NCBI GenBank assembly: GCA_964016885.1
Contig: OZ024748.1
Coordinates: 15,934,001 to 15,998,000 of the forward strand
Length of the DNA stretch: 64,000 nt
From: Eledone cirrhosa
Lineage: Eukaryota
Reading direction: 5' to 3'
Under the pieces are notes generated by a model. That model did not search any database. It saw only the letters and a program-made list of their open reading frames with translations, and was not told the DNA's origin. This document shows, piece after piece, positions 37,933-51,285 of this stretch. The first letter of the stretch is position 1, and each line of letters opens with the position of its first letter. The position numbers and the translations under genes were made by a program.

Positions 37933-39230
37933 TATATAAACATGTACACACTATATATCCACACTATATATACATATACACACTATATAAACATCTACAC
38001 ACTATATATATATATTCTTATACACATATACACACTATATATACATATAAACATATACACACTATATACACACAGACACTATATACACATACACATTATA
38101 TACACATATACACACTATATACGTACAGACACACTATATATACACACTATATACACATCATATGGAACTGATATATAGATGAACAGATTATTATTATTAT
38201 TATTATTACTATATCAATGAATATGAAATGTTTGATGTTTCTTTCTTTTCTTTCTTTTCCCTTCCTTCCCTCTCCCTCCCTCTCCATTTTTTTACCTTTC
38301 TCTCTTTCTGTTTGCCTTTCTCTCTTTCTTTCCTTCCTTGTCTATCTGCCATTCATTCCCTCTTTCTTCCTATATTTCCTATTTCACCCCCTCCCCTCCT
38401 TTCTCTCTTTCACCCTTAATTGTTTACCTTTCTCTCTGCCTGCCTCTTTCATTCTCTCACTTTCTCTCTCTCTTTCTCTCTTTCCTTGTCTTTCTTCAAT
38501 TCGTTCTTTCTTTCTCCTCTTTCTGCCCCCCCCCCCTTTCTTCCTTTAGGAACTTTCTATCCTTCACTCCTTCCATTCTTTCTCATTCTTAACCCCACCC
38601 ACCCCAATGCAACACATTAAACATCATACCATTTTTACCTTTTGTTTCACCATCAAAACCTAGGTTATTTCAAAATAATACCAAATAATACCAAATAATA
38701 CCAAATAATACCAAATAATAATTTTCTTGATTGACTAAATAAATAAATAAATAAATAAATAATAACATGAAAAAATGTAAAAATATGAAATGAAAAATAC
38801 CTAAAATAAAATATACTTTTTCTTTTGATGTTGTCTGAATATTATTATTAGTTAACTACTACTACTACTAATACTACTAATACTAATACTACTATTAGTA
38901 GTAGTAGTAGTAATAATAGTAGTAGTGTTACAACTACTACTACTAATAATAATAATAATACTATTAGTAGTAGTAGTATTAGTAGTAGTAGTAGTAGTAA
39001 TAGTAGTAGTGTTACTACTACTACTACTACTACTAATAATAATAATAATACTAATACTACTATTAGTAGTAATAGTATTATCATTATTAGTAGTAGTAGT
39101 AATATTATCATCATCATCACCATCATCACCATAATCTCATCATCAACATCATTATCATTATTAGTAGTAGTATTAACAGTAGTAGAAGTAGTAATATTAT
39201 TATTATTATTAGCTGTAGTAATAATATTAT
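36600..39230. repeat. Cluster of simple repeats: (TA/CA)n, TACACAC-type compound repeat, CT-rich tract, (TAC/TAG/TAA)n
   Basis: Directly visible, with short unique islands between tracts. Confidence 0.85.
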
Positions 39231-39493
39231 TGAAATGGCAACAGCTGCAGACCACTAGTTTGTCTTGTTAGTGTTTAAAGGATTTGAAGGTAACAAGCAA
39301 TTTCTTTTTTGTTTGTTTGTGTGTTTGTTGTTGTTCTTCTTATGTTGTTTCTCTATAAACTTGACAGTAATAATGGTAAGGTTTTATGTAACAGTGGTTC
39401 TTATGATGATTCTAATACCCCTAATAGAGAATTCCATCTGTATTGGAAACATGAAGACTGTCAGAAATATTCTTCAGGAAAAAAAATAAAAAT

Positions 39494-39564
<71 letters not shown>

Positions 39565-39780
39565 ATATAGAGAATAAGAAAAAAGCAAAGTTTGTTGTAG
39601 ATGTTAAAGTGTCTTGTATTGATAAAGCTGTGATACATATTTCAATAACCATAGTGGCCACGTGTTTTAACATAACCAGCACCATGATCTCATCAGACAG
39701 CTTCATTATGTAATAAAGTTATGTTCCTGAGGCAATCCAAACTAAAGTGGCAAGGGAATGGACACAAATAATGTTTTGTC

Positions 39781-40235
39781 CCTTTCCTTGATATCTCTCT
39801 ATCTATCGATCACTCTCACCCAACCCTTTCTACTTTCATCTTCTATAAACCAACTACCCCCACTCTTACCTTGACTTCATCTCCTCCCATCCAACCCACA
39901 ACAAACTCTCCTTACGCTATTCCCTATTCCTCTGTCTTCATCGGCTCTGTATCCAGGAACACGATTTCGAAACCCATTCCCTTCACATGGCCTCCCGCTT
40001 CATCAAGCTTGGATATCCCCCCACCCTGATCCAAGCTGCTCTCACCCACGCCTGTGAAACTGACTGTTCCACAGCCCTCTGACCTCACCAGTGCCCTCAA
40101 AACACCCGCCTTCCTTTCCCATCACCCTACCTCTCCGGCGACATATTCTCCATTCCTTCCATGCCCTCTCTTCTGTCACTGTCACTTCTCGCTTTTTTTC
40201 CAACCCACCTATCACCACATTTAAGTGCGCCCAGA
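39781..40235 (+). pseudogene. Penelope-like element reverse transcriptase C-terminal (thumb) fragment
   Basis: Manual translation PFLDISL..FYKPT(frameshift)HSYLDFISSHPTHNKLSLRYSLFLCLHRLC..DFE..M..RF.KLGYP..LIQAA matches the PLE pattern FLD..YxKPT..YL...SxHP..K...YSQ.LR..RLC...F..RGYP. Confidence 0.85.
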
Positions 40236-40247
40236 AAAGATTAATTC

Positions 40248-40665
40248 ATGGCAGTATCGGTAGAGGGTCGGACGCCATGCTTTCCAGCATAGTTACGTCC
40301 CTTTACGATCTGAGTTCAAATCCCGCCGAGGTTGACTTTGCCTTTCATCCTTACGGGGTCGATAAAATAAAGTACCAGTAATGCACTGGGTGATTGCTGG
40401 CCTTGTGCCTAAAGTAGAAACAATTATTTCGTTATATTACAGGGCAGTGGATTGGCAGTATCGGTAGCGGGTCGGATGCCATGCTTTGCAGCAGAGAGTT
40501 ACGGTCCTTTATGATGTGAGTTCAAACCCCGCCGATGTTAACTTTGCCTTTCATCCTTACGGGGTCGATAAAATAAAGTACCAGTCACGCACTGGGGTCG
40601 ATTTAATCGACTTCCCCCTCTGCCAAAATTGCTTGCCTTGTGCCTATATAAGAAACAATTATTTC
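40248..40665 (+). mobile_element. Two head-to-tail SINE family A copies (young)
   Basis: First copy almost identical to 35780-35950. Confidence 0.9.
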
Positions 40666-41239
40666 GTTAAATTACCATTTTCTCTTATTGATTATATAAT
40701 TGATAATTTTCATCTGTATGTGCTTGATTTTGATATGGGTTTTGAAAAAATTGTAAGCCATTAACTGTTCAAGAATTTGGCATTGTATTCTCTAACATTT
40801 AATTTATATATATATATATATATATTGTTATACTTTGGGAGGGTCATGTTGCCAATAAGGAACACACGCACCAGTTGCTTTCACTTCAATTTATTATATA
40901 TTTATAAATTTATAAATTTATAAATCTATAAATTTCTGGTTGGTTGGTTGGTTCCACAACCAGATAGTTGTTTATATATTGTCATAGTTCTTTCGTCACA
41001 CACTCTGTGACCTCTTCAGTGACTGGGGATTCCTTTCTTTGTTTCTGTGCCTCTCCTTTGTTCTGTCCTACGCCATTTTGTTTGAAACATTTTGTTTTGG
41101 GCCTTAACTTCTGAAACACTTGCTTTAATTTTAAAAATATATATATTCTAAGTTCATAGTATGTTTTTGACAGATAAATGATGAACAGGAATAAAGAAAT
41201 AAACTTCAGTAATAAATTGTTAACAAAAATAATGATACA

Positions 41240-41555
41240 GAGGGAGAGAGAGAGGGGGTGATAGAAAGGGAGAGGTAGAAAGGGAGATGTAGAGAGGGAG
41301 AGGTAGAAAGGGGGAGGTAGAAAGGGAGAGGTAGAGAGGAGAAGTAGAAATGGGGAGGTAGAAAGGGATAGGTTGAAAGGGAGAGGTAGAGAGGGAGAGA
41401 AAGGGATGCAAGCGAGGTGAGGTGAGAGTGGAAGAGAGCGAGTGGGGGTGAGAAAGGCAAGAGAGTGTGTGAGGTGAGAGTGGAAGAGAGAGAGAAAGGG
41501 GTGAGAAAGCAAGGCAAGAGAGTGAGTGAGGTGAGAGTGGAAGAGAAAGAGGGAA
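41240..41555. repeat. Polypurine minisatellite (GGGAGAGGTAGAAA and GTGAGGTGAGAGTGGAAGAG units)
   Basis: Directly visible. Confidence 0.85.
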
Positions 41556-42069
41556 TGAAAATTTAAGAGTAGAACTAAATAAAATAAAACAGGATTTGAA
41601 AGATTTGGCTAAAGAATTAAAGGATGTTATCAAACAAATTGATTTTCTTGTTTAATAAGCTTCAGTAAACTGATATTATGTGAGCAAGATAATAAAAAAC
41701 ATAAAATATTGCTGGAAATATTTATTTTAAAGGATATAAAAGATATAAAAATAATTTTAAAAAATGGCCCAATTTTATAAAATCTTCAGACTTTAAATAA
41801 AGTAAAGTAATTGAACATTTTATAAAGTAATTGAACTATATAATTTAAAACTAAATGCTAGAGTAAGAACTGAAATTGTGAAATCACAAGTAATCACAAG
41901 GAACTGAATCCAAATTTTATATCTAAATCCAAACAAAGTGATTATTCTTAATCAATATTAAATTACAAACAGTCAACTCTAGTAAAATTATTGTGTTGGT
42001 GCCATGACAAAAAGTGCCCAGGCACCCAGTAAAGTGGATGTGTTGGTGACATGATAAGAAATGCCCAAC

Positions 42070-42275
42070 ACAAGGCCTACAAATTTTTTTGGGGTGGGGT
42101 GGGGATAAAGTCGATTAAATCATCCCTAGTACTTTACTGGTGTTCTATTTTATCGACCAAATAAGGATGAAAGGCAAAGTTAACCTCTGTAGGATTTGAA
42201 CTCAAAATGTGAAGGGCTGTAACTACATACTGTAAAGCATGTTGTCTGATGTTCTTCCAATACTGTCATTCCACC
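42070..42275 (-). mobile_element. SINE family A
   Basis: Core, head and tail on the minus strand. Confidence 0.75.
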
Positions 42276-43184
42276 AAAATTTACATACAAAAACTACAAT
42301 ATTTTTTATCATAGATGCATGTTTCTTTTGTTTTCCATTTTTAAGTGAGAGGAGGAAAAATATATGTTTCAGGTTAATTATGGAAGACAGAGAAAAGTGA
42401 ATGTTAACAAATATAACTTAGAGGTTTTATTTCTTTATTTTCTCTCTTTCTCACTTTTTTGTGTTTTACTCAGAGATAAACAAAAAGAAAGAAGGAGATA
42501 TAAATATGTAGAAGAAATATTAAATGGCCTGTCTCTTTTAAAGATTTTACTCTAAAAAATACCCTCCAATTTAAAATAATAATTCAGAGTCATTGATACC
42601 TTATCATCTGGTGCTATCCATAGATAATAAAATAGAACTAAAATTACAAAAATATAACAAAGAAAATAATATCTTGGAAAATTTAGATTTACTTCCATCA
42701 CAAACATATAATTATTTATTCCTATTTAAAAAGACAAATAATTAGTGTCTCAGGTTTTCTATGACAACTGTAGCTCGTTATTTATTTCTATTTAAAAACA
42801 AATAATTAAAATCATTTATGTATGAAAAACAAATACGAAACTAATACAAAACACATACAAAATTGAAAACAAAAGTCAAATAACACTCAAACATATTTAT
42901 ACATACAGAGATATATTGATAACATATTAAATAGGAAAGATTAGTTTGAATATCTTTTGACAAAGCTATTATTTGCTCTCCAAAATAGAATCCAATATAA
43001 ACCATGTAAGGCAAAACCATTTTCAAATTAATAATAAAATTATCTATAAAACATCAAAACTATGTCTAAATTATCATTGATAAATTATGTGAAGAAATGG
43101 AAAATTGAAATCACATATATATATTTTTTTTTGGTTTGTATAGTTTGTATGTTTTTTTTTCATTTTATTATTATTATTATTATC

Positions 43185-43228
<44 letters not shown>

Positions 43229-43829
43229 TATTATTTTCTGAGAAGTTCTTTAATGAAGTTGATTTGCAATTAGTTTACATGTACGAAAACATTAAAATAT
43301 CGAATCAAAATAACAAAAATAAAATGAAATAAAATACTATGCAATACAAAATAAAAATCAAACAACAACAACAACAACAACAACAAAAAAAAAAAAAAAA
43401 AAAAAACAGAAATAAACAACAGAAAAATATCAAGTAAACTTGTAGATGTCATACTTAAGTTATATATTGAATTATGATACTTGTAATTTTAAACAACACT
43501 GTATAAGTTATAGAGTTGGAGAAGAGAGATTGATTGAACAAGTATTGATTCATAAAAGATGTATAAATGTATAAAATTTGTTATTGGCAATATTATAAAA
43601 TTGAGAACAACATTTACAGCTTCCTCTCCTATCACTAACTAAATCAACATATGTATTACATACATGAAACTGAAATAAATTTCACAGGGACTTCACTTAT
43701 ACATTAATCAAAGTGACATTCATAATATATTATTATATGAATTAAGGTTCAAATTTTGCTTCTTAGATACCTATGAAATTTATATCACATCCTATCAGAA
43801 ATAACATATTTTGTTTATTTAACAATATT

Positions 43830-44250
43830 ACATCACACACCAGCACTGCTAGCTCACACACCACTTCATAACACCAACACTACTATATCACACACCACTT
43901 CATACACCAGCACTGCTATATCACACACCACTTCATACACCAGCACTGCTATATCACACATTACTTCACACACCAACACTACCATAGCACACACCAACAC
44001 TGCCATATCACACACCAACACTACCACATCACACACCAGCACTACCACATCACACACCAGCACTACCACATCACACACTACTTCACACACCAGCACTACT
44101 ACATTACACACTACTTCACACACCAGCACTACCACATCACACACCAGCACTACCACAAAACGTATTAATATTATTACACAATACTATTACACACTTACTT
44201 CTACCATGCAACACATAGATACTACCACCTAACATCAGCACTAACACAGC
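43830..44250. repeat. 21/33-bp minisatellite (CACACACCAGCACTACCACAT)
   Basis: Directly visible. Confidence 0.9.
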
Positions 44251-44859
44251 GGGATTCAGAATAAAGTTTTATATGAACCCTGTATTTCAATATGTTCTCG
44301 TATATTAAACATATATTTAATATTCCTAGTAGGATTTTAAACTATGATCATGTCACAGCTAACGCAGCATTGATTTGTATCATAATCACAGCTCAAAATA
44401 CTCTCAGCAAAAATTAATATATGTTTATTATACAGAAACATATTGTAAGCAGCAGGTATTTTAAGGTTGTTATCCCCTGCTATAGCAATGAAGGTAAGTG
44501 GCTTAGTGCTTAGAGAGTTGGATTCACAATCATGCCGTTGTGAGTTCAAATCCTGGACTGGGCAATGCCATGAGCAAGACACTTTTGGGCAACATCATAT
44601 ATGGTGTATGTATGGTTTATATAGGACTTGCGACAGCCTTTCCTTTGGATTACAGTGGTGGTCTGGAGAAGGGAAGATTTTCGGTCATTGTGACCAAAGA
44701 AGATCTTTACCTAAATCAAAGTTTAGCACTTCTGGCCACATGAGGCCCTTCTTGAAGCTAGGATTTATGACCAGATACCTTTCCTGGTGTTAACCTATTC
44801 TAAACTGGGTGCACACAAAAATGGCTAATAAAAAACAGCAAACAAAATTGGCCAATAAA

Positions 44860-45630
44860 AAACAGCATCCTTTCCATTGTCTCCTTCCAAAATGAGGAAG
44901 AATTGTTTTGGATTATTTTGGAACAATCTATTATCCTTGAATTGTTTATTTCTTTTCACATATCTTTTCATCTTCTGGCTTTTTGAAAGAATATTCTGTT
45001 TTAGTTGTTCCATTGCTGTAGAAAATCCCTTCTTTCGTAGTTTGTATAGAGCAGCCTATTTTTCATTTTTCCATTTTCCTCTAAACCATTGCTTGATTCT
45101 ACTTAAATCTTGCTTTGATTGCATTTTGTCATTTCCAATGTCGTTTCCACCATGGATCATTTGTCTTCCTCTGCTTGTTTTTTTCATTTGCAATTTCTCC
45201 TCAACAAATAGTGCAGCTTACTGGATAAGATTCCCTGTTTGCTTTATGCCCTGAGCCTGGATATGTAATAATGACAACATTTACCTTTTGTGAAAATTTA
45301 TTTATCGTACTCTGATACACTCTTCCCATATTCAATGGGATTTTTTTCTTCTGGAACATTTCATCAAGTTCATAATCCGCCTTCATAATTCAAACAACTC
45401 ATAATCCAATTGATTCTCTCCATTTACATCACCATTCTCAGTAATACCAGACTTCAATTTCAAGTCTTTCTCTTCAACAACCATAACAGATCCATCATAA
45501 TTTTCTTGTTTCTCTTGCCTATTCTTTTCTCTGCCTTCAACTATAGAAACGGTTTGAGTTTCTACCCGCCAAACCTTCTTTTGTTACTCATTTGCCAGTT
45601 TTTTTCATCTTCCTTGTTGAGAAGGAGACT
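44860..45630 (-). pseudogene. Old R4/Dong-type LINE N-terminal region
   Basis: DPWWKR near 45140-45158 and EQLKQNILSKSQKMKRYVKRNKQFKDNRLFQNNPKQFF, matching the pre-RT region of R4-clade ORFs. Confidence 0.6.
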
Positions 45631-45872
45631 GGAAAATCTATATCTATCTCTCTCTCTATATATATATATATAAATATATATATGTGTATGCATTTGTGTT
45701 GGTGTTTTGAAATAGAGATGTATATATGAATGTTCGTATTTTATATTTCATAATATACTGTATGTTTAATTCAAAACAATTTGAAGGCCTTTCCGTATGA
45801 ATTTAAGGTACTGACTATTGTCACATATCAAGCTTCAACAAAGATGCCTGTATGTATATATGTATGTATACG

Positions 45873-45917
<45 letters not shown>

Positions 45918-46351
45918 CATACAATCTTACATTGTTGATATATTATTATTAACTGCTTCTTATAAACACAATGTAGGCATAATGTCAGATAAAGACTCTA
46001 ATATATTAAAAAATAACATGACAATGACAGTAACTAAGTATTATTAAATACATACATATACAAATATCTGTATACACACACAAAAATAAACCTACATACA
46101 TACATTCATACACATATAACACACATGCAAACTCTTACTAACATGAGTCGTACACATACCTACTCATACATAAACACATACAGACATACATTCACACACA
46201 CATACCTACACACACATAACTATCTACTTACCTACTACCTACATATATACATACAAATAAACATACAAGCATATATTTATATACATACATACATACATTC
46301 ACACATACATACACATATCTACCTACATACATACCCACATACATACATACA

Positions 46352-48625
46352 AAACCTATTCCTCCAAGATCACTGTGAAAATAATAATATCATCACAGAT
46401 GAACAACAAGCAGCTGGAAAGAAAGGGGTTTGGGGATGTGCTGAACAACTCCTAATCAACAAAACTGCGATGTCGGAGGTGCGACAACTTAGGAGGAATA
46501 TGGCTACAGTCTGGCTGGACTACAGGAAAGCTTTTGATTCTGTTCCCCACTCTTGGATGATAGAGGCCCTCCAGCTTGCTAAAGTCCCAGACATTATTGT
46601 CAGAGCCATAGAGAGGCTGTCTTCTTCTTGGGCTACTATCCTAAAGTTAAAGACAGAGAGGGAGGACTCTATTTTCACTGATAAAATAAAATATTGCAGG
46701 GGTATATTTCAGAGGGACAGTCTCTCTGTGATATTATTCATCTTGTCATTAAACCCCTTGTCCTTTCTGCTCAAGAAATGTGAGGGATCCATCATTGGCT
46801 CACAGGAGGACAGAAATACGAACCTAACCCATAATTTCTTTGTGGACGATCTGAAACTCTATGCCAAGAACATGGATGGGATGAAGAAAAATCTTGACCT
46901 GGTTACAACCTTCTCAAATGATATAGGAATGGAGTTTGGCCAAGATAAATGCTCATACATGATTGTAAAGCGGGGAAAAACAACAACCCAATCTAGCAAC
47001 ATTGTCATCAATGGCCTAACTGTTTCACCGATATCTGATGAGGACTGCTACAGATACCTGGGGATAGATGAGAACATATCCTATAATGGTATCTGTAATA
47101 AAGAACGCGTAACCAGGGAATACTACACCCGATTAAGAAAGATCTGATCATCGGAACTCTCTGCGCAAAACAAAACAGTGGCTCACAATGTGTTTGCTGT
47201 GCCTGTCCTAACACCAACGTTTGGAATACTCAATTGGATGATAGATGAAATCCGAGCAGTTGATGTTGGAACTCGAAAAATACTAAACAACACCGGAAAC
47301 TTCCACATAGACCGCCTTTACTTGAAACGTAAGCAGGGAGGCAGATGCCTAACATCAGTCCAAACAACATTTTAATGTCACATCATATCTCTCCGACAAC
47401 ATCTACGAACCTCGAAGCATAGGAGCACGTTTCTCGAGCAAGTCTATCTGCATGAAACAGAGAAGATCATGAGAGTTGGGAAGGAACTCCTCAAGAGATA
47501 TTCCCTGTGTGATAATCAAAAACTCACACCCAGGGAAGTCGCTCAGCAGTATCACAGTGAATCCATGGATGAAAAACTGCATACTTATTAGCAAAAAATC
47601 ATGCATAGATATGTTGCCAGGAAGCTCTAGAGTGAGAGTAATATAGATAAGGAAAGTAGTCTATCTTGGACCAAAAACCGCTATATTGGCTCCCACTTTG
47701 AAGGATACGCTTTTGTAATCCAAGAACAAGAGATTAACACGAAATACCTGATTTACAAAAGAGATAGGGATGCAGGCAAAACACCTAGATGTGATAACAA
47801 ATGCAGACTCTGTAGAACTAACATCGAGGATATCACCCATGTCATCAGCAGCTGTCCAAAGATGTCATCGCGGTACTATCTACCTATGAGGCATGATGTA
47901 GTGGCCAAAACACTGTTCAATGCAGTTTCTTAAAAAAGATAGCCCCGATAATATTAAAAGCTACAGCAATGTGGAAGACATCCACGTACATAATATGAAA
48001 GAGTACTGGTGGAATGTTCCAGTAAAAACCCCAATATAATACAGGCATAACAGACCAGATATTATCATATGGGACAGGGAGAAGAAAGCATGCACAGTAG
48101 TGGAAATTAGCTGCCCAGCAGATGTCAATATAATATCAAAGATTAGTGAAAAGCAGAATATTTATGCAGAACTGATGAGAAATCTGCAGATACTCCACCC
48201 TGATTACACCTTCAGATTTATACCTGTGATTATTGGGGCACTGGGGTATGTTAGTAACTGCCTCAATACAAATCTTGAGAAGCTAGGCTTCACAGGAACA
48301 GAAAGAACACAACTAGTTAGGAAATTACAAGTACAATCCATTAATGGAACAGTAAAAATATGTAAAACATTCCAAAAATGTTGCATCTAATAACTGCATA
48401 TACACTTGTACAGATGCAAAACATATACACATGCACACATACAACTCAAATCATCCACATCCACACATACAATAACATCCATGTCTACACATGCATGCAT
48501 ACATACATATCTACCTAGTTGATGTTGTGTAAATTCCAATGAGAGAGAGTCTTGTGTCTATGTTAGAAACTGACTCTCTCTCTATTGGTAAAACTTTGTG
48601 AAATTATAAAACCAGAAGAACAAAC
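46352..48625 (+). mobile_element. R4/Dong-clade LINE family B, 5'-truncated and inactivated (RT, CCHC, RLE)
   Basis: WLDYRKAFDSVPH, RGIFQRDSLS, FVDDLKLY, YRYLGI; KCRLC..ITHVISSC; RHD; HNRPDIIIWD..VVEISCP; PVIIGALG. Several in-frame stops (e.g. 47145-47147, 47373-47375); flanked by (TACA)n. Confidence 0.92.
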
Positions 48626-49349
48626 ATATTTATATACCTACATACATATATATACATTCACACATACATATTTACCTACATACACATACATACAAACATA
48701 TATTTATATACCTACATACATTCACACATACCTACACATATTTACCTACATACATACACGCATACAAACATATACACTGATGCAACATAAAGTAGTTAAA
48801 AATAAAACAGCTTTGTGTTATAATCTAAATTTTAGTGTAATTTCATTTCATCTTGCTATTTTATATAGCAACATTTACATTAATATTACATTTGTTTAGA
48901 AAACAGATACGCAATTCAGAAATTCTGAAATATTAAAGTATTAAACTGTCTGAAATATCAACAATACCTTCAAAACATCTGTTTACTGCTATCAAAATAT
49001 CATTTAAATTTATCCAAAAATATAACAATACAAAGATCAGATATATAAGTGAAGAAAAAAATTTTCCTCTGAAAACTTTTCAATTTCTGTTTTTTAAATA
49101 TTTGTTCCATATTATTTTTATCATCAAAACTCTGTCATGTTTTATAGATCGAGATACAGTGTCAATGTCCTATGTTTTTATTAATCCAAAGGAGTGTAAT
49201 CCTTATATAAGATATATATATATATTTTTTTTCCAATATTTGCAAGAGACAAACACTAACTTATTCAGTAAACAATAGGATTTGTGGAAACTAGTCAGAT
49301 GATCTATATTGAAAATTATTGAACATAACAGAAGGAAATGAAAACAAAA

Positions 49350-50040
49350 GAGCTTGATTATCAGTACCGACCACAGAAACAATGCTTCCATTGGTCTTTC
49401 TATTGTTGATACTGTCAGTTAAAAATTTTGGCCAAAGAAAAGGTACTAAGTATCAAATCAGACCAAGAAGAAAATGTTTCCATTGGTTTTTCCACTGCTG
49501 ATACTATCTGCCATGCCAGTTGCAATTCCTGACAAAAAAAGGAAAAGAGCTGCTTGTCAGACTGAACCAAACAACAATGTTTCCATTGGTTTTAAAGTGC
49601 TCACTTCACACTCTAAAGTGGTCATGTTGGTGACTCGACAAAAAACAGCCAGTCCATACTGTAAAGCAGTTGTGTTGGTGTCATGACAAAAAGCAACCAG
49701 TCCAGGCTGTAAAGTGGTCAATTTGGTGTCATGATAAAAAGTACCCAGTTCACACTGTAAATGTGGTTAACATTAGGAAGGGCATCCAGCTGTAGAAACC
49801 AAGTCAGAAACAATTCTTTATGAGCAAGACATGATCATTTGATTTGATTTGTCTCAAAATGGGACAACTCTTTTAACCCATGCTAGTTTTGAAAAATGGA
49901 CATTAAACAGTCATGATGATGATTCTATCTGCTAGTTGCAATTCCTGGCAGACAAAAAAAAAGAGGTGCTTGTTAAATTGAACAAAGGAATCAATATTTC
50001 CATCAGCTTTTCCATTGCTATCCTATCTGCGAGTTGAAAC
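49350..50040. repeat. Degenerate tandem copies of the SINE family C tail, interrupted by an RTE-tail element
   Basis: AATGTTTCCATTGG..TTCCA..GATACT.TC recurs about four times; RTE-type tail at 49610-49923. Confidence 0.65.
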
Positions 50041-50118
50041 TAACACTCTAACAACTAGTCTAAGCACCTTCACTGATAAAAGTACGATTTATATATTGGA
50101 AAGGATTTAATCAATTAC

Positions 50119-50169
50119 ATTCTTCTCCTCCTCATCCTTGTTGCCTCCATCACGAAATATTGTGGCCTT
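50119..50169 (-). CDS. Candidate 51-nt exon (KATIFRDGGNKDEEEKN, or start MEATRMRRRR)
   Basis: Acceptor tttatttacAG, donor GTAATT, purine-rich body, surrounding sequence retains CpG. Confidence 0.25.
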
Positions 50170-51285
50170 CTGTAAATAAACTGCCAGAAATTTAATATTA
50201 CTTTCTCTGTACTATTCGTATACCTCGAACAACAATAACACTGTAAAATATTTAAATTAGGAAATAATACACGAATTATGTTAATGTAAATCATTTTTAC
50301 TGACAAATACACGCAACAAGAAACTACTTTCCGATATTTTTATTATCATGTTTTTGTATTTCGATGGATTTTTGTGATTAGCATAGCAATTCCATCATTA
50401 ATCACAATGGTAATGATTTTTTTCTCTCTCCCTGCTAAACAACCTTTTTATGTCGATATTCAGAAATATTGGATATTGATTTTAGTATCCTGTTTATAAC
50501 ATACAAAATAGATTGATAAATTCGACAAAGGCCTTACTATAATGTGTTCTGTAATGTGCTGCAGTGTTATAACTAGTTTACTCGACATAATTCCAGATCA
50601 GTTGAACAGCTCTGATTTAGCAGATTCATAGTAGATGATTGACTTTCTGGGCTCAACCTTTTTGTCTTTTTTTTTTTATATCTAAGATTCATGGTAAATA
50701 ACTTTCCTGGCTCACATTTTCTAATGTGTCCTTTGCTATTGGAAGATGGTAAAGTATTTATTTATTTAATTAATTTAAACATCTGTATAGAGCTAATAAG
50801 CCGTGACAGACTAAGGGAAGAATAAAGTACTTCTCACAGTTGAGAAACAAAAAACAAGATATACAGAGATAAGTGAATATAAAATATTTAATTTAAATAA
50901 GAAAAATAAAATAAATATTTAAATTGGGAAGGCCAACTGGAGGCAAAATAAAGTATAAAAAAGATGAAGAAAAATGGGAAGCAAGGGAGGAAGTAAAGAA
51001 GCTAGAAGGTTCTGTTGTTGGATTTTTTAGTAGATTTTAACCATTTTCATACCAACTCAGCCCAAACCAGATCTGGTTCTATGAAAGAAAACCACCCATT
51101 TTTAAAGGGTTGCTATTTAAATTTAGATCTTCTAACATAATTTTATATAAGAACCATATGATAAGTTGCTATCTTGGTAATGAAATAATTAATTATGGAA
51201 ATAATTAATTATGGAAATAATTAATTAATGGAATAATTAAGTATGGACGAATATAATTATTATTAGAGTTGAACAACATGCCTTC

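Noticed and set aside
39300-39381. Plus-strand 8-nt microexon candidate (AG|TAATAATG|GTAAGG)
   Set aside because: Not frame-preserving and the upstream tract is largely a GTT/GTTT simple repeat; unsupported without RNA data
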